From Candidatus Micrarchaeia archaeon (GTDB taxonomy: Archaea; Micrarchaeota; Micrarchaeia; CAILAH01), in contig JBMFNT010000002.1 in the NCBI GenBank assembly GCA_049970015.1, positions 1 through 58,116 on the forward strand: 58,116 nucleotides of DNA, written 5' to 3'. Every line of letters starts with the position of its first letter. Within the stretch, counting starts at the first letter, position 1. Position numbers and translations under genes: made by a program. Below are positions 28,354 through 36,144 of the stretch, piece by piece. Below the pieces are notes generated by a model, which made no database searches, had not been told where the DNA came from, and worked only from the letters and a program-made list of their open reading frames with translations.

Positions 28354-29790
28354 ATGACAAATATAAAATTGCTCAATAACCCAATGGGTACACCTACATA
28401 TGTGGAGTTTTGTTATTCTAAGGATAAAAAGCCAGTCTTGGAAGGCAGTCTGAAAAAGTATTCTGAGAATGCAACAGCAAAGGGTTTTGGGGCATCCCTT
28501 GGAGAATATTTTATAGTTAACGATGGGCTTATTTTAGTTGGTCTAGGTGAAAAAGGCAATTTTAAACCGCGTTTTATAAGAAAAGCAATCTTTTCCGCGC
28601 TCGGGTTTGTGAAGGCGCTTCGGATTGCCACGGTTGCCTTGATGTTAAAGCAGTTTGATGAGATTATTACTAAGAATGCCGTTTACTCCGCATACATGAC
28701 CGAGTATGAGTTTGATAAGTTTAGATCAAAAGAGGAGAAGAAGGAAAAAGGAAAGTTGGAACAAGTTCAACTGATTATTGATGAGAAGTTTAATCAGGCT
28801 ATGCGCGAGGTTGTTGAAGTATCTGAATCGATAAATTATGCACGTACTATTTGTAATACCCCTGCAAATGTGGCCTCCCCGCAATACATGGCAGAAGAGG
28901 CAAGAAAGCTTGCCAAGGAATGTTTATTGAAATGCTCAGTCTTAACAAAGAAAGATATGGAAAAGAAAGGGATGAACGCATTGCTTGCAGTTGCAGCTGG
29001 AAGCGCACGCGAGCCGGTGATGCCAATACTTGAATACTCTGCAAAGAACGCAAAGAAAACAATTGTTGTGGTTGGAAAAGGAATTACATTTGATAGTGGT
29101 GGTATCTCACTAAAGCCCAGTAAGGGTATGGATGAAATGAAGTTTGATAAGAGCGGTGCATGTGCAGTTCTTGGAATAATGCGCGCAGTATCAAAACTCA
29201 GACCAAACGTTAATGTAGTAGGGGTGCTTCCGTGCACAGATAACATGCCAAGCGGTTCTGCAACACGTCCTGGAGATATTGTAAAAGCATACAATGGAAA
29301 GACTATCGAGATACTTAACACTGATGCTGAAGGAAGGCTCATACTTGCAGATGCGATTGCGTATGCGGAGGATAAGTATAAGCCAGATTACATAATAGAT
29401 CTTGCAACGTTGACAGGTGCATGCATTGTTGCCCTAGGTGTTTATGCAATGGGTATGCTTTCAAACGATGACTCGTTTGCAAATACCTTTAAGGAAGCAA
29501 GCAACGCGAGCTTTGATGAACTGTGGCAGTTACCACTTTGGGATGAGTACAAAGATATGATGAAGAGTAAGGTTGCAGATATAAAGAATATATCAGATAC
29601 TGGCGAGGCAGGTACAATAACCGGTGCAGCGTTTATATCAAACTTTGTTTCAAAAGCAAAATGGGTGCACCTTGATATTGCAGGTACGGCACATAGATCA
29701 AAACCAGTGCCTCCATTCGATCACGGGGCCAGTGGTTCTGGCATATCAGTAGTAATAGAAGCAATAAAGATGATTGAAAAGGTAAAATAA
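28354..29790 (+). CDS. pepA: Leucyl aminopeptidase (M17)
   Basis: VGKGITFDSGG and NTDAEGRLILAD. The start could be 28339 instead. Confidence 0.9.
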   Translation: MTNIKLLNNPMGTPTYVEFCYSKDKKPVLEGSLKKYSENATAKGFGASLGEYFIVNDGLILVGLGEKGNFKPRFIRKAIFSALGFVKALRIATVALMLKQFDEIITKNAVYSAYMTEYEFDKFRSKEEKKEKGKLEQVQLIIDEKFNQAMREVVEVSESINYARTICNTPANVASPQYMAEEARKLAKECLLKCSVLTKKDMEKKGMNALLAVAAGSAREPVMPILEYSAKNAKKTIVVVGKGITFDSGGISLKPSKGMDEMKFDKSGACAVLGIMRAVSKLRPNVNVVGVLPCTDNMPSGSATRPGDIVKAYNGKTIEILNTDAEGRLILADAIAYAEDKYKPDYIIDLATLTGACIVALGVYAMGMLSNDDSFANTFKEASNASFDELWQLPLWDEYKDMMKSKVADIKNISDTGEAGTITGAAFISNFVSKAKWVHLDIAGTAHRSKPVPPFDHGASGSGISVVIEAIKMIEKVK

Positions 29791-29807
29791 TTATATGATG
29801 ATCAGAG

Positions 29808-30057
29808 GAGCGGCAAGCAGTAGTCTGCCTTCTGTTTTCAGCAGCATTTGTCTTAGCGCCATAATGGCTTGCACGTTCATTGCCTATAAGGATGGCCGTT
29901 TCATCCAGCGCATGCAGATGTCAGTTTTCTTCATTCCTTTTAGCAAGGCCGGTATCGTTTCTGTTCCGTCCTCTCCTATTACAGGAATATAGGCTCAGCG
30001 TGGGCAGAACTTCCTCAGCGCACCTTTTCTTTCTTGGGAAGAAAGAAAAGCTGCACC
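29808..30057 (-). ncRNA. rnpB: RNase P RNA, catalytic core (the 5' end may lie at ~30367; see findings)
   Basis: On the minus strand, in the canonical order: GAGGAAGUUCUGCCC (rc of 30002-30016, CR-I), ACAGAAACGAUACCGGCC (29947-29964), GGAUGAAACGGCC (29894-29906), and ACAGAAGGCAGACUAC (29820-29835). AGUUCUGCC pairs with GGCAGACU leaving one bulged U, which is the geometry of helix P4. Confidence 0.7.
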
Positions 30058-30357
30058 AAAAGAAAGAACCTCTTCTTTTTGAGAAGAGTTGCACCGAAAA
30101 GAACCTCTTCTTTTTTAAGAAGAGCTGCACCAAAAGAAAGAACCTCTTCTTTTTGAGAAGAGTTGCACCGAAAAGAACCTCTTCTTTTTGAGAAGAGCTG
30201 CATCAAAAGAACCTCTTCTCTTAGTGCAAACTTCTTTTTTTAGAAGAGTTGCACCAAAAGAACCTCTTCTTTTTGAGAAGAGCTGTATCAAAAGAACCTC
30301 TTCTCTTAGTGCAAACTTCTTTCTTCTCTCAAGGAGAGGTGCACCGTCAGCTGCACG
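30018..30357 (-). repeat. Tandem array of ~9 hairpin modules (about 34 nt each, two of ~50 nt)
   Basis: The plus-strand unit is gaaccTCTTCTttttgAGAAGAg(t/c)tgcacc followed by an (g)aaaa spacer. Unit starts are about 30066, 30101, 30140, 30175, 30209, 30260 and 30294, plus the perfect 11-bp hairpin at 30025-30049. Higher-order repeats are 30051-30123 versus 30124-30196 and ~30197-30281 versus 30282-30345. Confidence 0.9.
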
Positions 30358-30388
30358 CCTGCCGCTCATTATAATTTTGATTGATATG

Positions 30389-30396
30389 TATAAATA
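30389..30396. promoter_or_regulatory. Shared near-palindromic TATA box (tataaata) between the MFS gene and the putative RNase P RNA 5' end
   Basis: The centre (30392.5) is 25.5 nt from the MFS ATG (30418) and 25.5 nt from 30367. Confidence 0.45.
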
Positions 30397-30417
30397 GTTT
30401 TTGTATTATATTACCTT

Positions 30418-31581
30418 ATGAGTTCCGATAAGATAGGTAAAAAAAGCGATGGCAAAAAAAGCGTTATACTCCTTAGCATTACAAGTTTTATAAATGATGT
30501 AAGCAGTGAGATGATTCTTCCTATATTGCCATTTTTTCTTGCATCATTTGGTATTACTCCAGTATTCATAGGCCTTGTTGGTGGCGTGAGGGATTCTTTA
30601 TCAAGCTTGCTAAAAGTGTTCTCTGGATATCTTTCTGACAGGATTGGCAAGAGAATGCCTTTCATTTATACTGGTTATTTCATATCTTCAGTATTCAAAG
30701 TGCTGCTTGCATTTTCTCCAACATGGCTGTTTGCCATCATATTTTCATCGCTTGAGAGGATTGGAAAGGGAGTGAGAGATGCTCCTCGTGATGCACTTAT
30801 AGGAAGTCTTATGCCGGAAAGAACAGGGGAAGGGTTTGGGATACAACGCTCGCTCGATACTGCAGGTGCATTTATTGGTACAATTCTCATAATACTACTC
30901 TTTTACTACTTTGGCTTTGAACTGTTTTCAATAATACTGCTTGCAGGGTTTATAGGCCTTCTTTCACTTATCCCACTCTTGTTTGTTAGGGAGGAAAAAT
31001 ACGACAAGGTCACAAGAGGGATGTTTTTTTCAATAAAGAATATTCCGAAAGAGGCAAAAATGCTTATATTGGTGGCATCAGTGTTTACCTTAGCAAATTT
31101 CAGTTATATGTTTTTTATTATGAAAGCGCAGGTCGAAACCGGAAGTCTTATTTATCCTGTGCTCTTGTACCTGTTGTATAACTTATTTTATGCACTCTCC
31201 GCATACCCTTTGGGAACGTTTGCTGACATAATCGGCAAGAAAAAGACCCTGGCTTTGGGTTATTTCATGTTTTCATTTGTCATGTTTGGCATGATATATG
31301 CACATGATATTTTCTCACTTACAGTATTGTTTGTTTTGTATGGTATATCTGTGGGAATAGTTGAAACAATCCATAAAGCATATGTATATGACCTCTCTAG
31401 CAAGGATACTAAAGGTGTTTCGGCAGGAGTGTTTCAAGCATCTATTGGCATAATGGCACTTCCTGCAAGCATAATAGCAGGAGGCCTTTGGGAGATTTCC
31501 CCAGGTTATGCTTTTACCCTTGCAGGCATTTTCTCACTGTGTGCATTGATATTTCTTGCATTCATTAATCGGAAACAATAA
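30418..31581 (+). CDS. MFS transporter
   Basis: About 12 hydrophobic helices and an MFS loop motif, GYLSDRIGKR. Confidence 0.8.
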   Translation: MSSDKIGKKSDGKKSVILLSITSFINDVSSEMILPILPFFLASFGITPVFIGLVGGVRDSLSSLLKVFSGYLSDRIGKRMPFIYTGYFISSVFKVLLAFSPTWLFAIIFSSLERIGKGVRDAPRDALIGSLMPERTGEGFGIQRSLDTAGAFIGTILIILLFYYFGFELFSIILLAGFIGLLSLIPLLFVREEKYDKVTRGMFFSIKNIPKEAKMLILVASVFTLANFSYMFFIMKAQVETGSLIYPVLLYLLYNLFYALSAYPLGTFADIIGKKKTLALGYFMFSFVMFGMIYAHDIFSLTVLFVLYGISVGIVETIHKAYVYDLSSKDTKGVSAGVFQASIGIMALPASIIAGGLWEISPGYAFTLAGIFSLCALIFLAFINRKQ

Positions 31582-32602
31582 GCGAGGCTGCTTTTTTATT
31601 ACCCATACTTTTGTGTGCTATTCTTGATAAGAGCGCAACCCTTTCTTTGATAAATGTGCTCAGAGCAATCTCTATGCCCATTTCAACATTCTCTTGGCAT
31701 ATCCACCTTGGGTCAAGCATAATCCCAGCACCTATTCTTTCAACACCTTTTGCATTGTTAATACGCTCAGTATAATTTTTTGTAGGTATACATATTACAG
31801 GCGTTCCTGCACTTATGGATGACATTATCGTAGTGTGCCCACCATGTGTTATGATTGCGCGAGATCTCGATATTGCTTTTTCAGCATCTTTTCTGCAGAG
31901 TTGGCCATCACCAACCACAGCGTCATATCCGATTTTGTTAACCCATTTCTGCAATCTATCGCTTCTTACAGTATTCTTAACACTGCTGCCACCCATGCTT
32001 ATGAAAATCATATCCTTCTTTTTTGCTGGAGTGAGCAGAGCAGTTGGGCCAACGTGTGTGAATTTTGTTGGACTAAAATAAAGCAAGTTATGGGCAGATA
32101 CAGTAAATGGCGGGCTAAAATCTGGTATTAGTACCATGTTTGATAACTCTACCGCGGTTCTTGACAGGAAATTTGCCCCCTTTTCTATGTACTCGTTAGT
32201 TTTTGGGAACACATACCAAAGGTTTGTGCAGTTTGCAATGTTAATCACCCTTTTTCTTAACATGCGGCCTACAAAAAGCCCAAGAATATATCCATCAACG
32301 ACCAGCACATCTGGTTTTGTTGCAAGTATTATATCAGTTATTTTCTTTATTGCCAGCGGATGAAACCGTTTTATGTTTTGCCACAAGCTTTTACTTATAT
32401 TAACACTATCCTTGGTTGTAAATATCTCTCCTATTTCTGGAAGCGTATATACATTTTCATACCCCTCCTCAATAATAACTTCATAAGGCCTTCCGAACGA
32501 TGAGATGCTGACCTCACAATTGTTTTTAAGTTGGTCTACGATTGGAAGAGACCTGTAAACATGCCCAAGCCCAAACCCATTTATCATAAAATGTACTCTC
32601 AT
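31565..32602 (-). CDS. GT-B glycosyltransferase (MurG/UGT-like)
   Basis: C-terminal HGGHTTIMSSISAGTPVICIP nucleotide-sugar binding motif. Confidence 0.7.
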   Translation of the reverse strand: MRVHFMINGFGLGHVYRSLPIVDQLKNNCEVSISSFGRPYEVIIEEGYENVYTLPEIGEIFTTKDSVNISKSLWQNIKRFHPLAIKKITDIILATKPDVLVVDGYILGLFVGRMLRKRVINIANCTNLWYVFPKTNEYIEKGANFLSRTAVELSNMVLIPDFSPPFTVSAHNLLYFSPTKFTHVGPTALLTPAKKKDMIFISMGGSSVKNTVRSDRLQKWVNKIGYDAVVGDGQLCRKDAEKAISRSRAIITHGGHTTIMSSISAGTPVICIPTKNYTERINNAKGVERIGAGIMLDPRWICQENVEMGIEIALSTFIKERVALLSRIAHKSMGNKKAASLIVSD

Positions 32603-32609
32603 TTTAAGT

Positions 32610-33638
32610 TCACCTTACCTTGAATCTTAGGAGTGCAACCACACCACCAAATGCATTTAACTGGAGTGCAACTTGACTTTCTTCTGGAACTATTAACACA
32701 CTACCACCCTTGCTTTTTACATTATCTATTAGCATTTCATAAGACTCATCAGACCTTACCAGAGAATCCACTATGATAAGTTTTTCTATGGCACCCATCT
32801 CACTGCATTTCTCAACCTCTTTTTTCCCATACGCGCTCAATCCATCTTCCTTACCAATGCTTTTAAGGAACGTTTCAATATCCCTTACTGCAGCGCGCAC
32901 CTGCTCTTCTTCCATGATGTCTCTTATCTCATCGCTCCTTATCACCTCATACACTCCGCTCTTCTCCGCGTTTGATGCACTTACAAGCAGTATCCTTTTA
33001 GCAGTGTCTGGAGATTCTTTTCTTGCAAAGTTGTAGAAGTTCTCTTTTGTAAACCCAGGCCCGCCCAAGATTATCTTTCCATCGATTCTTTTCATTTCGT
33101 TGAGCACTTCATGGAAATACCTGTCAGTTGGTATATTCTTGTCAACCTTTTTACCAGTATTCTCAATCTCAATTCCAAACTCAACACCATACATTCTTAT
33201 TGAGGCAAATGTTGCTTTCTCATCATCCATAACAATTATGTTGAGAATACTTCTTCTGCTTGCTTTTATTGCATTTTCCAATGCCTCGATCTCATAATCT
33301 TTCCACTCCTTTCTTATGCTAACTTCATCCCCTATACCTACATCAATCGTATGGTATGCACCTATGGGTGCAACATACTCTGGGCGTGCCTCAACTATTT
33401 TACCAGTTACTCTTATACTGTTTGAATACTTGCTCAAATCCACTTTCTCCGCCTCAAGTATAACATATATACTAATCCTTTCTTCCCTATTGCTTCCAGG
33501 CGGCTTATACTTTCTATTAGTCCTAGCACTTACGGTTGCACCTTTTGTTATGAGTTTGTAAACATTCCACACATCTTCGAACGTCTCAGGGACAACTGAC
33601 ACTATACCATCTTTCCTGTTTATCTTTGCACGCATCAT
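32610..33638 (-). CDS. pelA: Pelota (mRNA surveillance / ribosome rescue factor)
   Basis: eRF1-like three-domain protein; EDVWNVYKLI and GPGFTKE motifs. Confidence 0.88.
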   Translation of the reverse strand: MMRAKINRKDGIVSVVPETFEDVWNVYKLITKGATVSARTNRKYKPPGSNREERISIYVILEAEKVDLSKYSNSIRVTGKIVEARPEYVAPIGAYHTIDVGIGDEVSIRKEWKDYEIEALENAIKASRRSILNIIVMDDEKATFASIRMYGVEFGIEIENTGKKVDKNIPTDRYFHEVLNEMKRIDGKIILGGPGFTKENFYNFARKESPDTAKRILLVSASNAEKSGVYEVIRSDEIRDIMEEEQVRAAVRDIETFLKSIGKEDGLSAYGKKEVEKCSEMGAIEKLIIVDSLVRSDESYEMLIDNVKSKGGSVLIVPEESQVALQLNAFGGVVALLRFKVR

Positions 33639-33687
33639 CTCATATTTTGTGCAAAGTTATTATTAGTATTTATTGAAAATAAAAGCG

Positions 33688-35439
33688 ATGAAACGGATAG
33701 CAGTAATTGATAGGAATAAGTGTATACGTGAAAAATGCGGTTACCTGTGCAGGCAGATATGCCCACCTGTACGCATGGGTATAGATGCAATCATTGTGAA
33801 TGAAGAAGGCTGGCCGGTCATAGATGAAAACCTCTGTACCGGCTGTGGCCTGTGCCCAAAGAAGTGCCCCACGAATGCAATCAAGGTGATAAATCTTGTA
33901 GGAGAGGCGGGAGAACCTTTGCACCAGTATGGGGTTAACATGTTCAGGATTTACAATTTTGCTGTGCCTAAGGCAGGCAGTGTTACGGCACTGGTTGGCA
34001 GGAATGGTATTGGCAAGACAACTCTTCTTGACATACTTTCAGGCAAGATTATACCTAACATGTTTGACCTTCTTTCAGAGCCATCTTATCAAAGCATACT
34101 TACAAGGACAAAGAATAAAGTGCTTATGAGCTATTTCGAAAGACTTATGAGCGGACAGAGAATGAGTTATAAGGTACAGAATGTTGAACTGCTGCGAAAG
34201 GCAGCCCCCAATGAACTGGTGGGTGATGTAATAAACAGGTTTGATGAGCGTAAAGTTTCTGCAGAAATTATCAAGAATCTTGGCATGGGAAAGTTCTTGG
34301 ATTCAACAATCTTGAGCTTGAGTGGTGGAGAACTTCAGAAAACTGCGGTTGCCATTGCAATATCCAAGGAAGCTGACGTATATTTTTTTGATGAGCCATC
34401 ATCATATCTGGATATATACGAAAGGGTTCGTGTGGCGCGCGAGATTTCAAGGCTTGCTGAAGAGTTCGGAAAGCAGGTGATCGTAGTTGAACATGATCTT
34501 GCACTGCTTGACTATCTTGCAGAATATGTCTATGTGCTGTATGGTGTTCCTGGAGCATATGGTGTTGTTAGTGGTATAAAAGGAGCGCGTACCGGTATAA
34601 ATGAGTTTATGGATGGGTATTTGAGAGAGGAAAATGTTAGGTTCAGAGAAACTTCGCTCAGGTTTGAATTATACTCTGCAGCCGAATCTGGGAAACAGAT
34701 ATTTTTCAGTTATCCTAGTATGGAGAAGAATTATGGGAGGTTTATGCTTCATGCAGATGCAGGAAATGTGAGGAAAGGTGAAGTGGTAGGCATAGTTGGC
34801 CCAAACGCAATAGGTAAGTCAACATTCATCAAACTGATGGCAGGTGTTGAAAAGCCAGATAATGATGCGAAAATCCCTGAGATGACAATATCTTACAAAC
34901 CCCAGTATATAAAGATTGATTTTGATGGAAAGGTTGATGAGTATATTACAATTGAGAAAGTTGGGCAAGAGTACATAAAAGAATTTGAGCTTGATGGGCT
35001 ATTACACAAGAAAGTGGCACATTTGAGTGGTGGTGAAATACAAAGATTGGCAATTGCATGTGCGTTGTCAAAAGATGTTGATATATACCTCCTTGATGAA
35101 CCATCTGCATTTCTGGATATTGAGCAAAGGATGCGCTTGTCAACAATAATAACACGGGATATAATGAACAAGGAGAAAGTGTGCTTTGTTGTTGACCATG
35201 ACATTGTGTTCATCGATTCTATTGCAAGCCGTATAATTAGGTTTGCTGGAACATCATCAGTTGAAGGGCATGCAAACAGTCCTGAAGATAAGGTTGCTGC
35301 GATGAATGCATTCTTAAAAGACATTGACATAACCCTGAGAAGGGACAAGGACACATTACGACCTAAGATAAATAAGAAAGGCTCAGTGCTGGACCGGGAG
35401 CAAAGACAAGCGGGCAACTATTACTATTATGTTAGTTAG
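33688..35439 (+). CDS. ABCE1 / RNase L inhibitor-type ribosome recycling ATPase
   Basis: N-terminal two 4Fe-4S Cys clusters (CGYLCRQICP, CTGCGLCPKKCP), two ABC cassettes (GRNGIGKTT, GPNAIGKST), and LSGGE twice. Confidence 0.93.
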   Translation: MKRIAVIDRNKCIREKCGYLCRQICPPVRMGIDAIIVNEEGWPVIDENLCTGCGLCPKKCPTNAIKVINLVGEAGEPLHQYGVNMFRIYNFAVPKAGSVTALVGRNGIGKTTLLDILSGKIIPNMFDLLSEPSYQSILTRTKNKVLMSYFERLMSGQRMSYKVQNVELLRKAAPNELVGDVINRFDERKVSAEIIKNLGMGKFLDSTILSLSGGELQKTAVAIAISKEADVYFFDEPSSYLDIYERVRVAREISRLAEEFGKQVIVVEHDLALLDYLAEYVYVLYGVPGAYGVVSGIKGARTGINEFMDGYLREENVRFRETSLRFELYSAAESGKQIFFSYPSMEKNYGRFMLHADAGNVRKGEVVGIVGPNAIGKSTFIKLMAGVEKPDNDAKIPEMTISYKPQYIKIDFDGKVDEYITIEKVGQEYIKEFELDGLLHKKVAHLSGGEIQRLAIACALSKDVDIYLLDEPSAFLDIEQRMRLSTIITRDIMNKEKVCFVVDHDIVFIDSIASRIIRFAGTSSVEGHANSPEDKVAAMNAFLKDIDITLRRDKDTLRPKINKKGSVLDREQRQAGNYYYYVS

Positions 35440-35474
35440 GCAAACATCAAAAGCGAACACTTGATATGAATAAA

Positions 35475-35945
35475 TTACACACGTAGCATATCAATAAGGA
35501 GATGTGATGCATATCCAACAAAACAGCATATTGAATATAACAAAGCATCTTTTATACCCATAGATATTAGTAGAAGAAACAGAACACTGGACAGGACAAT
35601 TGCAAACTGAAATGTATGCATTATTCCGCGATGCTTTGGGATGAGCATCTCACTGAACTTTATGAGCAATGTTGAGAGCAGTGCTGAAATAATGATCGAG
35701 TATATGAGCTCTATATTAAGTACAGTAAATGCCACTACAAAGAGTAGAATTGCAATCACTACCATCCCTATTGTCCTGTAAGCCTTTCTTGCAGTTGCAT
35801 CTTTGTGGTCAACATCAGGGAGTAGTGAGGATCCCAGGACTATTAGCCCCGCAGTAATGCTAGTTTCAATTGATGTGTTTATGTAAGATACTATTATGAT
35901 TGCAGCAAGCGCACCAAAGAGAGTGTGCACAAGAGCATTTGGCAT
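35475..35945 (-). CDS. Membrane-bound metal-dependent hydrolase (YdjM/DUF457-like)
   Basis: Four TM helices, plus LLPDVDH and HRGIMHT. Confidence 0.55.
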   Translation of the reverse strand: MPNALVHTLFGALAAIIIVSYINTSIETSITAGLIVLGSSLLPDVDHKDATARKAYRTIGMVVIAILLFVVAFTVLNIELIYSIIISALLSTLLIKFSEMLIPKHRGIMHTFQFAIVLSSVLFLLLISMGIKDALLYSICCFVGYASHLLIDMLRV

Positions 35946-36144
35946 ATTTGTTTATTCTTAAGTAAAAGTAAAAAATTAAACAATTGCAATTACTGAATTC
36001 TTTCTCTCAAATGCAATATCCATTTTGTGTGCAATTCTCTCAAGATCTGCTATTTTTAGTCCGCTCACTCCAAACTTCATTTTAACCACCAGAAAAAGCT
36101 ACATTATATGTATATATTGCGGTTATGTAAGTAAGTTTCCAGTA

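Noticed and set aside
30018-30357. Possible CRISPR array
   Set aside because: The repeats abut each other with only 4-8 nt A-rich linkers. There are no unique spacers and no cas genes in the window. The higher-order repeat structure is typical of a minisatellite or RNA expansion.
29795-30397. ORFs 29795..29992, 29880..30191, 29921..30133, 30015..30206, 30115..30369 and 30188..30397 as proteins
   Set aside because: They are open in several frames and on both strands only because of the low-complexity repeat and the ncRNA. The translations are repetitive (KRRGSF/LLFEKSC). The RNase P motifs explain the region better.
35976-36080. 34-codon minus-strand ORF (MKFGVSGLKIADLERIAHKMDIAFERKNSVIAIV) in the nrdJ downstream spacer
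   Set aside because: It is too short, has no recognisable motif, and overlaps the likely promoter of the downstream hydrolase gene. It is kept only as a note.
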